64,000 nt of DNA from an uncultured Actinomycetes bacterium. GTDB lineage: Bacteria; Actinomycetota; Thermoleophilia; UBA2241. Made by a program: the position numbers and the translations under genes. Location: the NCBI GenBank assembly GCA_963767005.1, contig CAVYCN010000008.1, positions 96,001 through 160,000 on the forward strand, given 5' to 3'. This document shows, piece by piece, positions 37,395 through 46,805 of this stretch. The notes under the pieces are model-generated. The model had not been told where the DNA came from and made no database searches. It saw only the letters and a list, made by a program, of their open reading frames with translations. The first letter of the stretch is position 1. Each line of letters starts with the position of its first letter.

Positions 37395-38321
37395 CTAGGC
37401 GCGCTTCGGCAGGCGATTGCTACCGCAGCCGCCGTCGAGCGACCACAGGCTGCGCCCGGACGGGGTCGAGCCCTTGATGGTGCTCGTCGAGAGGTTGTTG
37501 TGGGAGCTGCTCGTCCAGTAGCCGGCGTTCCAAGCGTGGCCGAGGATGAACTTGCAGTGCGAGAACACCGCGTCGTTGACGTCCTGCAGCTCGGTCAGAC
37601 GAGCCGTCGAGCTGTCGGTCGGGGTGGTCTCCTTGCGCACGCCGTAGTTGATCGTCACCTTCTTGAAGACGAGGTGGCAGTTCTTGCCGGCCGGCCCCTC
37701 GAGGTTGAGGGCGTTCTTGCGGCAGGCGTAGATCGTCGTGTTCTGGACGGTGAAGTACGTGGGCCCGTTGATCTCGATCGCGCCCGAGTACTGCGGGTCC
37801 TGCTGGTCGTCGGAGCCCTTGATCGTGACGCCGCTGATCAGCGAGTGTGCGGGGAAGTACCCGCCGTCGAACGACATGGCCTCCTCGCCGGAGGCCTCGA
37901 TCACGGTGCTGATCACCCTGATGTTGCGATACCCGCGCGTGTTGGACGTGGGCCGCTGGGTGCACTCGATGCCCATGCGACCGGCCCGCAGGATGTGGCA
38001 GTGCGTGAACGTGATGTTGTACACGTTGCCGTTGGTCGCGTTGATCGTGACGCCGTTCCAGGGGCCCGAGCCGATCGTGCAGTGGCTGAACGTGATGTTG
38101 TGGGCACCGCGACTGATCGTGAGCACGGCCGTGCTCGAGTCGCCGCCCTTGAAGGTCACATTGCTGTAGACCAGGTTGTGGGCGCCGGCCGGCACGCTGT
38201 AGGTGGTGAGTGTCTTGTTCTTGATGGTCGCGGCCCGCGCCGTGGCGGGGCCGGCCACGGCGACGAGCACGCCGCTCGCGAGCAGCGTGAGGGCTGCGAC
38301 GGTGAGCAGGGTACGTCTCAT
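37395..38321 (-). CDS. secreted right-handed parallel beta-helix (pectin-lyase-fold-like) protein
   Basis: Signal peptide MRRTLLTVAALTLLASG...ARA; repeated NITFxxCxI / GIE / GVTI strands; Asn/Thr-rich. Confidence 0.75.
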   Translation of the reverse strand: MRRTLLTVAALTLLASGVLVAVAGPATARAATIKNKTLTTYSVPAGAHNLVYSNVTFKGGDSSTAVLTISRGAHNITFSHCTIGSGPWNGVTINATNGNVYNITFTHCHILRAGRMGIECTQRPTSNTRGYRNIRVISTVIEASGEEAMSFDGGYFPAHSLISGVTIKGSDDQQDPQYSGAIEINGPTYFTVQNTTIYACRKNALNLEGPAGKNCHLVFKKVTINYGVRKETTPTDSSTARLTELQDVNDAVFSHCKFILGHAWNAGYWTSSSHNNLSTSTIKGSTPSGRSLWSLDGGCGSNRLPKRA

Positions 38322-38585
38322 TTCCACGGCTCCGTTTCGGTTGGCGGTTGCGGGGTGCGGTCCGGCCCATGCCGGCCGTCCCTCCATGCCGTGCCGCGCC
38401 TTTCCGATCGCGGCGTTCGGTGCTCGCCGAAGCGGGGGATGGAGACCCCGCCCCAGCCCGACTCGAGACGGCGACGAGCCGTCGCCGTCGGTCAGAGGGA
38501 AGCTGCCGTCCGGCCGAACCGCGAACGCGGCGCGACGGCCGCGAGATCCGCACGGATCACGCGGTCGGCCGGACGGGGGTGGGGT

Positions 38586-38678
38586 CTAACGCTGGATCGT
38601 CTTCAGGACGAGTGAGATCGGGCAGAAGGGGGAATAGCGGCTTTGCAAGTGGGCCGGGGCCAATCGTCTACGGTGCAT
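38586..38678 (-). CDS. putative 30-aa small peptide (not in ORF track)
   Basis: AAAGGAGG 6 nt before ATG; MHRRRLAPAHLQSRYSPFCPISLVLKTIQR*; upstream promoter present; codon usage atypical for the genome. Confidence 0.4.
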   Translation of the reverse strand: MHRRRLAPAHLQSRYSPFCPISLVLKTIQR

Positions 38679-38790
38679 GACCTGCCTCCTTTCAGAGGTC
38701 GGCAGACCTCTTTGGGGTGGGCGCCGTCATGGAGCGCGCCGTGTGCTTTTGGTCGGTCGTGGAGCGTTGCCTGGCAAGTAAACGTCCGGG

Positions 38791-38819
38791 ACCTTACCGG
38801 CCCTTTTCGCGTGCGTCAA
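38791..38819 (-). promoter_or_regulatory. sigma70-type promoter
   Basis: TTGACG-N17-TAAGGT on the minus strand. Confidence 0.6.
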
Positions 38820-39085
38820 CCCGCGCCCAACTTCGTACGTGAAAGTGGGAAATTGCTCGGAGTTTCATCGTTTGTGCCGCTCGACACGAATGAGCGCAGG
38901 CGCACGACGGCGACGCGCGCCGGCCGCGACGAATGTGCAGTACGGGTCACACGTACGAAGAGCGCTGCTCCTCCCGAGCCGCGCAGGGCGGGCTGGGTGG
39001 ACCGTCGCGGAAGCGGTGAGATAGGGTGACGGCACGTGTCGTCAAGCGGGGGACAGACGGCAACGATCGCCGACAAGGGGGACAC

Positions 39086-40180
39086 ATGCCCGGGCCGCTC
39101 GTGAGCGTCGTCGTGCCCACGTACAATCGTGCGGCGCTCGTCGTCGCGGCCGTCCGCTCGGCGCTCGCCCAGACCTGGACCAGGCTCGAGGTCGTCGTCG
39201 TCGACGACGGCTCGACCGACGACACCGCCGCGGTCCTGGCGAGCCTCGCCGACGATCGGGTCCGCTGCATCCGGCAGGACAACGCGGGCGTGTCCGCGGC
39301 CCGCAACCGTGCCCTGGCCGAGGCCCGGGGCGATCTCGTCGCGTTCCTCGACAGCGACGACTCGTGGCTGCCCTGGAAGCTCGAGGCCGAGGTCGCCGTG
39401 CTGGCGCGGCACCCCGACGTCGGCCTCGTCTGGACCGACATGAGCGCGGTAGACGACGCCGGTCGCGTCGTCTACGAGCGCTACCTCACACGCATGTACA
39501 CGGCCTACCGCTACTTCGGGCGCGAGCGCTTCGCCCAGAGCACCCGGCTCGACGAGTTGTGGTCGGAGTGCCCCGTCGAGCTCGCGGGCACGCGCTGCTC
39601 CGTCGGCGACGTCTATCCGTGGATCGTCATGGGCAACCTGCTGCACACCTCCACCGTGATGCTGCGGCGCGAGTGGCAGGAGCGGGTCGGCGGGTTCGGC
39701 GAGGACCTCCTGCCGGGGGCCGGCGAGGACTACGACTTCTACGTGCGGGTGACCCGGCTCGGCCCCGTCGCCTTCATCGACGCCGCCTCGACCCGCTATC
39801 GGGTAGGCGCGGCCGACCAGATGACGGAGCCGGGTGGCTTGCTCGTGGCGGCCCGCAACAACCTGCTTACCGTCGAGAAAGCGCTCGCCGCCGACGGCGC
39901 CGCCGGCCTCCCGCCGGCGCTCGTGCGCGAACGCCTCGCGTTCTGTCACGGCTGGATCGGTGTCGAGGAGTCGGCGAGCGACCGCCGCGCCGCACGCGCT
40001 CACCTGGCGCGGGCCGTGCGCACGGCGCCGGCGCCCCGCTCGCGCGACTGGTGGCGCTTCCTGGCCTACGACGGCCTCTCGTATCTGCCGCCCGAGGCCC
40101 TCGTCGCCGCGCGGCGCGCGGCGCACGCGGCCAAGGCCGGCGCCGAGCGCGCGCGATCGGGGCGCGGGCGAGGCTCATGA
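39086..40180 (+). CDS. glycosyltransferase family 2
   Basis: VSVVVPTYNR, VVDDGSTD, NAGVSAARN, FLDSDD, EDYDF. Confidence 0.92.
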   Translation: MPGPLVSVVVPTYNRAALVVAAVRSALAQTWTRLEVVVVDDGSTDDTAAVLASLADDRVRCIRQDNAGVSAARNRALAEARGDLVAFLDSDDSWLPWKLEAEVAVLARHPDVGLVWTDMSAVDDAGRVVYERYLTRMYTAYRYFGRERFAQSTRLDELWSECPVELAGTRCSVGDVYPWIVMGNLLHTSTVMLRREWQERVGGFGEDLLPGAGEDYDFYVRVTRLGPVAFIDAASTRYRVGAADQMTEPGGLLVAARNNLLTVEKALAADGAAGLPPALVRERLAFCHGWIGVEESASDRRAARAHLARAVRTAPAPRSRDWWRFLAYDGLSYLPPEALVAARRAAHAAKAGAERARSGRGRGS

Positions 40181-40192
40181 TAGCCGGGCGCC

Positions 40193-41371
40193 GTGTCGAA
40201 AGAACCTGACATGGAGACCTTCGACACAGCCGGCGCCGCCGACGCGACGCACGCCCCGACGCCGTCCGCCCCGGCGCGGTCCGAGCCGCCCGCCGGGGTC
40301 GTGGCCTCCACCGCCGCGCAGCTCACCGCGTCGCAGCGCGAGGCCTGGCGCGACTTCGCGGCGGCGACTCCGCACGCGAGCTACGCGCAAGATCCCGACT
40401 GGGCCGACGTCGAGCGCGACCCGGGCCACGGTCAGGCGCGCGAGCCGCGCTTCTTCTGGGCGGAGCGCGGCGGTCGCGTGTGCCTGACGGCGCTCGGTGT
40501 TCGGCGCCGCCTGCCCGTACCCGGCCGCGTGTTCTGGGAGTTCGAGGGCGGTCCCGTCGTCCTTGAGCCCGCCGTGCTCGACGAGTGGCTGACCTGGCTG
40601 ACCGCGACGCTGGGCCACGAGGCCGGGCGGCTGCGCGTCCAGCCAGCCTGGGCCCTCGACGAGGCCGGCGACCAGATGGAGAGCATCCTCGACGCCCACG
40701 GCTTCGTGCGTCGCCGCGGCCTCGGCATCTGGACCACCCTGATGGTCGGGCTCGAGCGGCCCGACGACGAGCTCCTCGCCTCGTTCCGGCGCCAGACCAG
40801 GCAGAAGATCAAGCAGTCCGGCGCGTTGGGCCTGCAGGTGTCGGCCGAGGACGACGAGCGCGGCCGCGCGGCTCTCGTCGCGCTCGACGCCGAGATGGCC
40901 GCCCGCACGCCGGTCCGCCCCATCGAGCAGGGCATCGTCGCGGCCATCAGCCGCCACTGGTTCAGGGACGGGGCCGGCGGCACGGTGCTCGTGGCGCGTC
41001 GCGACGGCGAGCCGCTCGCCGCCGCCCTGCTGATCGTCTCTCGTGCTACCGCCCACCTGCATACGCTGCCCTCGTCTCGCCGGAGCAATGACCTGCCGGC
41101 CACACACCTGCTGGTCTGGGAGGCGATGCGCTGGGCGCGCGATCACGGTTGCACCCTGTTCGACCTCGACGGCTACTGCGTGACCGCGCATCAGGGCGAG
41201 CCGCTCTGGGGCGTGAACCAGTTCAAGCGCGGCTTTGCGCCGAAGCTCGATATTGTGCGGACGGTGGCCGTTCACGAGCGGGTCTTCTCGCCCGCCCTCG
41301 TGAGCTCGGCCGCCTTGGTCAGGGAGCTGCAGGGCAGGTACCGGCGTTTCCGCGGCGCCGCGGAGTCATGA
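40193..41371 (+). CDS. FemAB/FemX-like GNAT (peptidoglycan-bridge / aminoacyl-transferase family) protein; alternative start 40211
   Basis: SYAQDPDWA, GGPV, LLASFRRQTRQKIK, LLVWEAMRWARDHGCTLFDLDG, GVNQFKRGF. Confidence 0.82.
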   Translation: MSKEPDMETFDTAGAADATHAPTPSAPARSEPPAGVVASTAAQLTASQREAWRDFAAATPHASYAQDPDWADVERDPGHGQAREPRFFWAERGGRVCLTALGVRRRLPVPGRVFWEFEGGPVVLEPAVLDEWLTWLTATLGHEAGRLRVQPAWALDEAGDQMESILDAHGFVRRRGLGIWTTLMVGLERPDDELLASFRRQTRQKIKQSGALGLQVSAEDDERGRAALVALDAEMAARTPVRPIEQGIVAAISRHWFRDGAGGTVLVARRDGEPLAAALLIVSRATAHLHTLPSSRRSNDLPATHLLVWEAMRWARDHGCTLFDLDGYCVTAHQGEPLWGVNQFKRGFAPKLDIVRTVAVHERVFSPALVSSAALVRELQGRYRRFRGAAES

Positions 41372-42651
41372 GCTCGCCCCAGGCCGTCGTGGCACGCGCC
41401 GGCCCGGCGCTCGCCGGCCTGCCGCCGCTCCTCGTGCGCAAGGGGCGCGGTCTGCCGGCCGCGCTGCGTCACGAGCTGCGCGCGATCGAGGGACTGCGTT
41501 CCGACCGGCCGCGGGCTGCCTATATCGGCTTCGTGGGGTATGGCAACCTCGGCGACGAGGCGCTGCTCGAGGCCCACCGGCGGCTGTTCCCCGACGTCGA
41601 CCTCGTCGTCTACCGCAAGAGCCGCGCCCTCGCCCTGCGGCACCGTGCCACCGGGCGGTCACCCTACGACTTCGGCATCCTGGGCGGCGGCACACTGATC
41701 GCGCAGCACCACAGCTGGCTCGAGTCGGTGCGACAGCTTCAGTCGCAGGGCGTGCCGATGATCTGCGTGGGCACGGGCGTCGCCGCGCCGGCCTTCTGGC
41801 GGCGCGGCGGGCTCGACCGCAGCTACCTGCTGCACGAGCCCGGCGAGCTCGCCGCCTGGCGTGAGGCGCTGGAACGGTTCGTCTACGTCGGCGTGCGCGG
41901 CCCCGAGTCGGCGCGTGAGCTCGCCGCCTGGGGGATCGCCGACGCCGACGTCGTGGGCGACGCCGTGCTATCCCTTGCGACGGCGCCGGCGCCCGTCGTC
42001 GGCCAAGCCCGCGAGCGGCTCGTGGGGGTCAACGTCGGGTGCACTCCGGGCGACCCGATGTGGGGCGACCCCGACACCTTCCTGGCGGAGATGACCCGCT
42101 TCGTGGCGCGGCTCTGCGACGCCGGCCGGCGCGTGCGGCTGCTGCCCATCCGCGAGGGCGACGTCGCGAGCGCCGAGCTCGTGCGGGCCGGCGTGGGGAG
42201 CGCGCGCTGCGAGATCGTGCGCGCCTTCGACGGCTATGCCAGCTACGCCGCTCAGGCGCGCGACTGTGAGGTCTTCGTGGGGCAGAAGCTGCACGCCACG
42301 GTGATCGCCTGCCTGCAGCGGGTGCCGGCCCTCATGATCGAGTACCGGCCCAAGTGCCGCGACTTCATGGCGAGCCTCGGTCTCGAGGACCTGACGGTGC
42401 GCACCGACGCCTTCACGGCCGAGGTCGGCGTGACCATGCTCGACGACCTGCTCGGCCGGCGCGACCTCGTCGCCGCCCGTCTCGACGAGCACATCGCGCG
42501 GTACCGGCGCCGTCAGGTGGCCGCCGCGACCGTGCTCACCCGGCACCTGCTGACGGGGGGCGCCGCGGCCGCGGCGCCGGCCGGCCCCGCGGCCGCGGCG
42601 CCCGAGCCGGTGGCCGCCGGCGACGTCGGCCGCCAAGGCGCCGGCCGTTGA
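41368..42651 (+). CDS. polysaccharide pyruvyl transferase family protein
   Basis: GYGNLGDEA, ILGGGTLI, VGVRGPES, VGQKLHATVIA, Y..K motifs; ATGA overlap. Confidence 0.8.
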   Translation: MSSPQAVVARAGPALAGLPPLLVRKGRGLPAALRHELRAIEGLRSDRPRAAYIGFVGYGNLGDEALLEAHRRLFPDVDLVVYRKSRALALRHRATGRSPYDFGILGGGTLIAQHHSWLESVRQLQSQGVPMICVGTGVAAPAFWRRGGLDRSYLLHEPGELAAWREALERFVYVGVRGPESARELAAWGIADADVVGDAVLSLATAPAPVVGQARERLVGVNVGCTPGDPMWGDPDTFLAEMTRFVARLCDAGRRVRLLPIREGDVASAELVRAGVGSARCEIVRAFDGYASYAAQARDCEVFVGQKLHATVIACLQRVPALMIEYRPKCRDFMASLGLEDLTVRTDAFTAEVGVTMLDDLLGRRDLVAARLDEHIARYRRRQVAAATVLTRHLLTGGAAAAAPAGPAAAAPEPVAAGDVGRQGAGR

Positions 42652-43646
42652 AGCTCGCCGTCACCATCGACACCGAGGCCGACGGCCAGTGGGACCACGG
42701 CGCCCCGCTCACCACCCGCAACGTGGCCTTCTGGGAGCCGTTCCAGGAGCTCTGCGAGCGCCACGGCGCCGCCCCCACCTACGTGGTCACGACCGAGATC
42801 GCCGCCGACGAGCGGGCCCGTGAGCTGCTCACCGGCTGGGCGCGGCGCGGCGCCTGTGAGGTGGGCTCCCACCTGCACCCCTGGACGACGCCGCCGTTCG
42901 CCGACCGGCCGGGCCTGCGCTTCAACGACGCCGTGCACGCGTTCCCCTGTCAGCTACCCGACGAGCTGCTCCACGAGAAGCTCGTCACCCTGACCGAGCA
43001 GGTGACCGCCGCCTTCGGCGCACCGCCCACCTCGTATCGCGCCGGACGGTTCGGCTTCGACGCGCGCAGCGCCGCCGTGCTCGCCGCGACGGGCTACGTG
43101 GTCGATTCGTCGGTGTCGCCCCTCTGGTCGTGGCGCGCCCACCCCGGCCTCGAGGGCCGCGGCGGCCCCGACTTTCGCCGGCACCGGCCCTGGCCGTTCC
43201 TGATCGGCGATGGCGACTCGAGCCTGGTAGAGATCCCCGTGACCATCCTGCCGACCTACACCGCGCTGCGCCGCTCGCCGGCCCTGCTCGCCGCCTACCA
43301 GCTTCTGCCGGTGCGCGCTGTGCGCAAGCTGTTCCTGTCGCGCTGGCTGCGACCTCAGCCCATGTGGCTGCAGCCCGACCCGCGTCTCGGGGCCGACGAC
43401 CTCGCGAGCCTCTGGCGCTGTGCCGAGCGGCTCGGGCTCGAGGCGCTCGTCATGATGTTCCACAGCAGCGAGCTCATGCCGGGCGGCAGCCCGTTCCGGC
43501 CCGACGTCGACGCGGTGCGCGAGCTCCTGACGTGCCTCGACCGCTTCTTCGGTTTCGTGCGGGCGAGCGGCGGCGAGTTCGCCATGCTCACCCCGCTCGC
43601 CGCGTGGCTGCGGTGTGAACGGTCGCTCCCGCTGGGGCTGCCGTGA
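42648..43646 (+). CDS. polysaccharide deacetylase family protein (WalW-like)
   Basis: TTGA overlap; VTIDTEAD, EVGSHLHPW, SYRAGRFG, VDSSV, EIPVT, MFHSSELMPG. Confidence 0.82.
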   Translation: MKLAVTIDTEADGQWDHGAPLTTRNVAFWEPFQELCERHGAAPTYVVTTEIAADERARELLTGWARRGACEVGSHLHPWTTPPFADRPGLRFNDAVHAFPCQLPDELLHEKLVTLTEQVTAAFGAPPTSYRAGRFGFDARSAAVLAATGYVVDSSVSPLWSWRAHPGLEGRGGPDFRRHRPWPFLIGDGDSSLVEIPVTILPTYTALRRSPALLAAYQLLPVRAVRKLFLSRWLRPQPMWLQPDPRLGADDLASLWRCAERLGLEALVMMFHSSELMPGGSPFRPDVDAVRELLTCLDRFFGFVRASGGEFAMLTPLAAWLRCERSLPLGLP

Positions 43647-44827
43647 GGCTGCTGCTGCTCGCCGACGTGCTCGACAACGGCGGTCAGGAGCGCCAGATGT
43701 CGCTCCTCGCCGCTAGCCTGCCGGCCTCCTGGGAGGTGCGTCTGTGGAGCATGGGCGGGGGGCCGTTCGAGGCCTATCTGCGCGAGCGCGGCGTGCCGGT
43801 GATGATCGCCCGGCGGCACTCGCGTTTCGACCCGCTCCCGGCGGTCGCGCTGCTGCCCGTCCTGCGCGAGTACCGGCCCGACGTCGTGCACGCCTGGAGC
43901 TGGATGGCGGGGCTCGCCGCGGCGCCGCTGTGCCGGGCGCTCGGCGTGCCGATCGTGAACGGCATGATCCGCAGCGGCGCGGTCGACCCCGACTTTCCCC
44001 GGCTCAAGCGCCTCGGCCTTACCCTCGCCACGCTGGTGGTCGCCAACACGCGCGCCGGTCTGGCGGCGTGGGGGGTGAGCCCGGCCAAGGGCAGGGTCGT
44101 CTACAACGGCTTCGACGAGTCGCGCCTGGCGGCGCTCGAAGCGCCCGGCGGGGCCGGGCCGCGGCCCGGCCCCGCCGGGCGCTTCACCGTCGTCATGACC
44201 GGCCGCATGACCAGGGTGAAACACTACGACGTCGTGATCGAGGCGGCGCGCCGGCTGCGCGAGGCGGCGGGCGGCTGGCGCTTCGTGCTGGTGGGCGACG
44301 GCCCCGACCGCGAGCGTCTGCTGGGCGAGGCGCGCGACCTGGTCGCGACCGGTGTCGTCGAGTTCCCCGAGCCCGGCACCGAGGTCCTCGGCCTGGTGCG
44401 CCGGGCCGACGTCGGCGTCCTCATGACCAATCCGCTGCACGCCAACGAAGGCTTCAGCAACTCGATCATGGAGTACATGGCGCTCGGTCTGCCGGTGGTG
44501 TGCGGCGACGGCGGCGGCAACCCGGAGCTCGTGCGCGACGGCGTCACCGGCTTCGTCGTGCCGCAGGGCGACGTCGCCCGCCTCGTCGAGCGGCTGGTCT
44601 GGCTGCGCGAGCACGACGCCGAGCGCCACGCCATGGGCGCCGCCGGTCGCGACTACGTGCTCACCGAGCTCTCGGTCGACGCGATGGTCGACGGCATGCT
44701 CGAGGTCTACGACGAGGCGGCCTTCAGGGTCGGCCGTCTGCTCTGGCCAGCCGGGGCCGGGCGGCATCCGCAGGCTGGGGCGCGATCCTCGCGTGCGCCG
44801 TCGCCTGACGGCGACACCGTCGCCTGA
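43643..44827 (+). CDS. glycosyltransferase family 4
   Basis: GGQERQ, PDVVHAW, VYNG, EGFSNSIMEYMALGLPVV, GGNPELV. Confidence 0.92.
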   Translation: MRLLLLADVLDNGGQERQMSLLAASLPASWEVRLWSMGGGPFEAYLRERGVPVMIARRHSRFDPLPAVALLPVLREYRPDVVHAWSWMAGLAAAPLCRALGVPIVNGMIRSGAVDPDFPRLKRLGLTLATLVVANTRAGLAAWGVSPAKGRVVYNGFDESRLAALEAPGGAGPRPGPAGRFTVVMTGRMTRVKHYDVVIEAARRLREAAGGWRFVLVGDGPDRERLLGEARDLVATGVVEFPEPGTEVLGLVRRADVGVLMTNPLHANEGFSNSIMEYMALGLPVVCGDGGGNPELVRDGVTGFVVPQGDVARLVERLVWLREHDAERHAMGAAGRDYVLTELSVDAMVDGMLEVYDEAAFRVGRLLWPAGAGRHPQAGARSSRAPSPDGDTVA

Positions 44828-44854
44828 CGGCGGCCGCCCGGAGCGGTCGTCCCC

Positions 44855-46741
44855 TTACCAGGGCCGGCCCGCGGTGGCCGCCTCGGCCCAGGTCGCCAGC
44901 CCGAGGAGGGTCCACACGCGCGGACTCAGATCGCGCGCGCTGCGGCGCTGCAGGTCGAGCAGGGCGCGCACGCCGGCCGGCGCGAACAGGTCGAGCTGGT
45001 CGCCGGTCAGGCGCTCGTCGACGAACTCGCGCAGCGGGCCGTCGAGCCAGCGCCGCAGGGGCGGGTCGAAGCCCTGCTTGGGGCGGTCGAACAGGCCGTC
45101 CGGCAGGTACGGCTGGCCGATCGCCCGCAGGAGGACCTTCTGCTGCCCGTCGCGCAGCTTGTACGAGAGGGGCAGCGTGTTGACGTACTCGGCGAAGACG
45201 TGGTCGAGCAGCGGCACGCGCGCCTCGAGCGAGACGGCCATGCTGCTGCGGTCGACCTTGGCGAGGATGTCGTCGACGAGGTAGGTCTCCTGGTCGACGC
45301 GCTGGGCGTCGCTCACGCTGCCGTCGGTCGCGAAGTCGTCGCGCCAGCTCGCGTCGCCGCCGTCGCTGTGCAGGAAGGCGGCGAGGCGCGGGCTCAGGGC
45401 CTCCACGACCGGCCCTGCGGTGGGGGTGAGGCCGTAGCGCAGCGAGAAGTAGCGCAGCGGGGCCGGCTCGGCGAGGCGCCGCACGAAGCCACCGCCGCGG
45501 GCGCCCTCGGCCACCACGGCGCCCGCGACGACGGCGGCCCGGCGGCGTAGCGGGAGCGGCACGCGGTCGATCGGCCGGTACAGACCGAGGTCGGCGTACA
45601 CGGTGTAGCCGGCGAAGAGCTCGTCGCCGCCGTCGCCCGACAGCGACACCGTCACCTGCCGGCGCGCCAGGCGGCTGACGAGGTACGTGGGGATCGCCGA
45701 CACGTCGGCGAACGGCTCGTCGAAGCGGGCGAGCAACTCGGGCAGCAGGCGCGCCTCGCTCGCCCCCACGATCTCGGTGTGGTGGTCGACGCCCAGATGG
45801 CGGGCGACGCGCTCCGCGTGGGGCAGCTCGCTCGCCGGATCGTCCTCGAAGCCGATCGAGAACGTCTTGAGGTCGCGGGGCCCGACGGCGTGCGTGAGCG
45901 CCACGACCGTGCTGGAATCGACGCCGCCCGACAGGAATGCGCCGAGCGGCACGTCGCTGCGCAGATGGAGCCGGATGCTCTCCTCGAGCAGCTCGGTGGC
46001 GCGCTCACGGGCCTCGTCGAACGAGGGGGTCGCCGCGCGCTCGCCGACCCACGGGCGCCAGTACCGCACCGTCCGCGCGCGGCCGCCCGCCCGGCCGTCG
46101 CCGCCGAGGCGCCAGAGCTCGGCGGTGCCGGGTGGCATCTTGCGCACGCCGCGGTAGGCGGTGAGGGGGCAGGGCACGTAGCCGATGCGCAGGTAGGCGC
46201 GCAGCGCGGCGGCGTCCCAGTCGCGGTCGAGCCAGGGCAGGTGCAGCAGCGACTTGATCTCCGAGGCGAAGGCCATGCGCCCGGCCGCCTCGGCCACGAA
46301 GAGTGGCTTGATGCCGAACCGGTCGCGGGCCACTATGAGCTCCCCGCGGCGCGCGTCCCACACGGCGAAGGCGAACATGCCGCGGAAGCGGCGCACGCAG
46401 CCGATGCCGTCCTGCTCGTACTGGTGCGCGATGACCTCGGTGTCGCAGCCGGTACGGAAGCGATGGCCCTGCGCGATGAGCTCCTCGCGCAGCTCGACGA
46501 AGTTGTAGATCTCGCCGTTCAGGATGGCCCAGACCGTGCCGTCCTCGTTGCCGATCGGCTGGTCGCCGGTCTCGAGGTCGATGATGCGCAGGCGCCGCGC
46601 GCCGAGCCCGACGCGGGGCTCGATGTGAAAGCCGTCGGCGTCGGGGCCGCGGTGGGCGAGCTCGCCGGTCATGGCGCGGACGAGCGCCTCGTCGACGGCT
46701 TGGTCGATCCCGTGGTGAAGGAGTCCGGCTATGCCGCACAC
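44855..46741 (-). CDS. asnB: asparagine synthase (glutamine-hydrolysing)-family amidotransferase
   Basis: GTG-CGIAG (N-terminal Cys), HRGPD, NGEIYN, RDRFGIKPL, FLSGGVDSS, SGDGGDELFAGY, SLEARVPLLD; GGAGG RBS. Confidence 0.93.
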   Translation of the reverse strand: MCGIAGLLHHGIDQAVDEALVRAMTGELAHRGPDADGFHIEPRVGLGARRLRIIDLETGDQPIGNEDGTVWAILNGEIYNFVELREELIAQGHRFRTGCDTEVIAHQYEQDGIGCVRRFRGMFAFAVWDARRGELIVARDRFGIKPLFVAEAAGRMAFASEIKSLLHLPWLDRDWDAAALRAYLRIGYVPCPLTAYRGVRKMPPGTAELWRLGGDGRAGGRARTVRYWRPWVGERAATPSFDEARERATELLEESIRLHLRSDVPLGAFLSGGVDSSTVVALTHAVGPRDLKTFSIGFEDDPASELPHAERVARHLGVDHHTEIVGASEARLLPELLARFDEPFADVSAIPTYLVSRLARRQVTVSLSGDGGDELFAGYTVYADLGLYRPIDRVPLPLRRRAAVVAGAVVAEGARGGGFVRRLAEPAPLRYFSLRYGLTPTAGPVVEALSPRLAAFLHSDGGDASWRDDFATDGSVSDAQRVDQETYLVDDILAKVDRSSMAVSLEARVPLLDHVFAEYVNTLPLSYKLRDGQQKVLLRAIGQPYLPDGLFDRPKQGFDPPLRRWLDGPLREFVDERLTGDQLDLFAPAGVRALLDLQRRSARDLSPRVWTLLGLATWAEAATAGRPW

Positions 46742-46805
46742 GTCGATGTCCTCCGGCTGGCCACGGCTTCGTCGCCGCCGGCCGTCGCCCTCGGGCGCGG
46801 CGCGC

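Noticed and set aside
39042-39076. sigma28 promoter before the 39086 GT2 operon
   Set aside because: TCAAG and GCCGACAA are 22-23 bp apart, and at the correct spacing the -10 match (AACGATCG) is poor.
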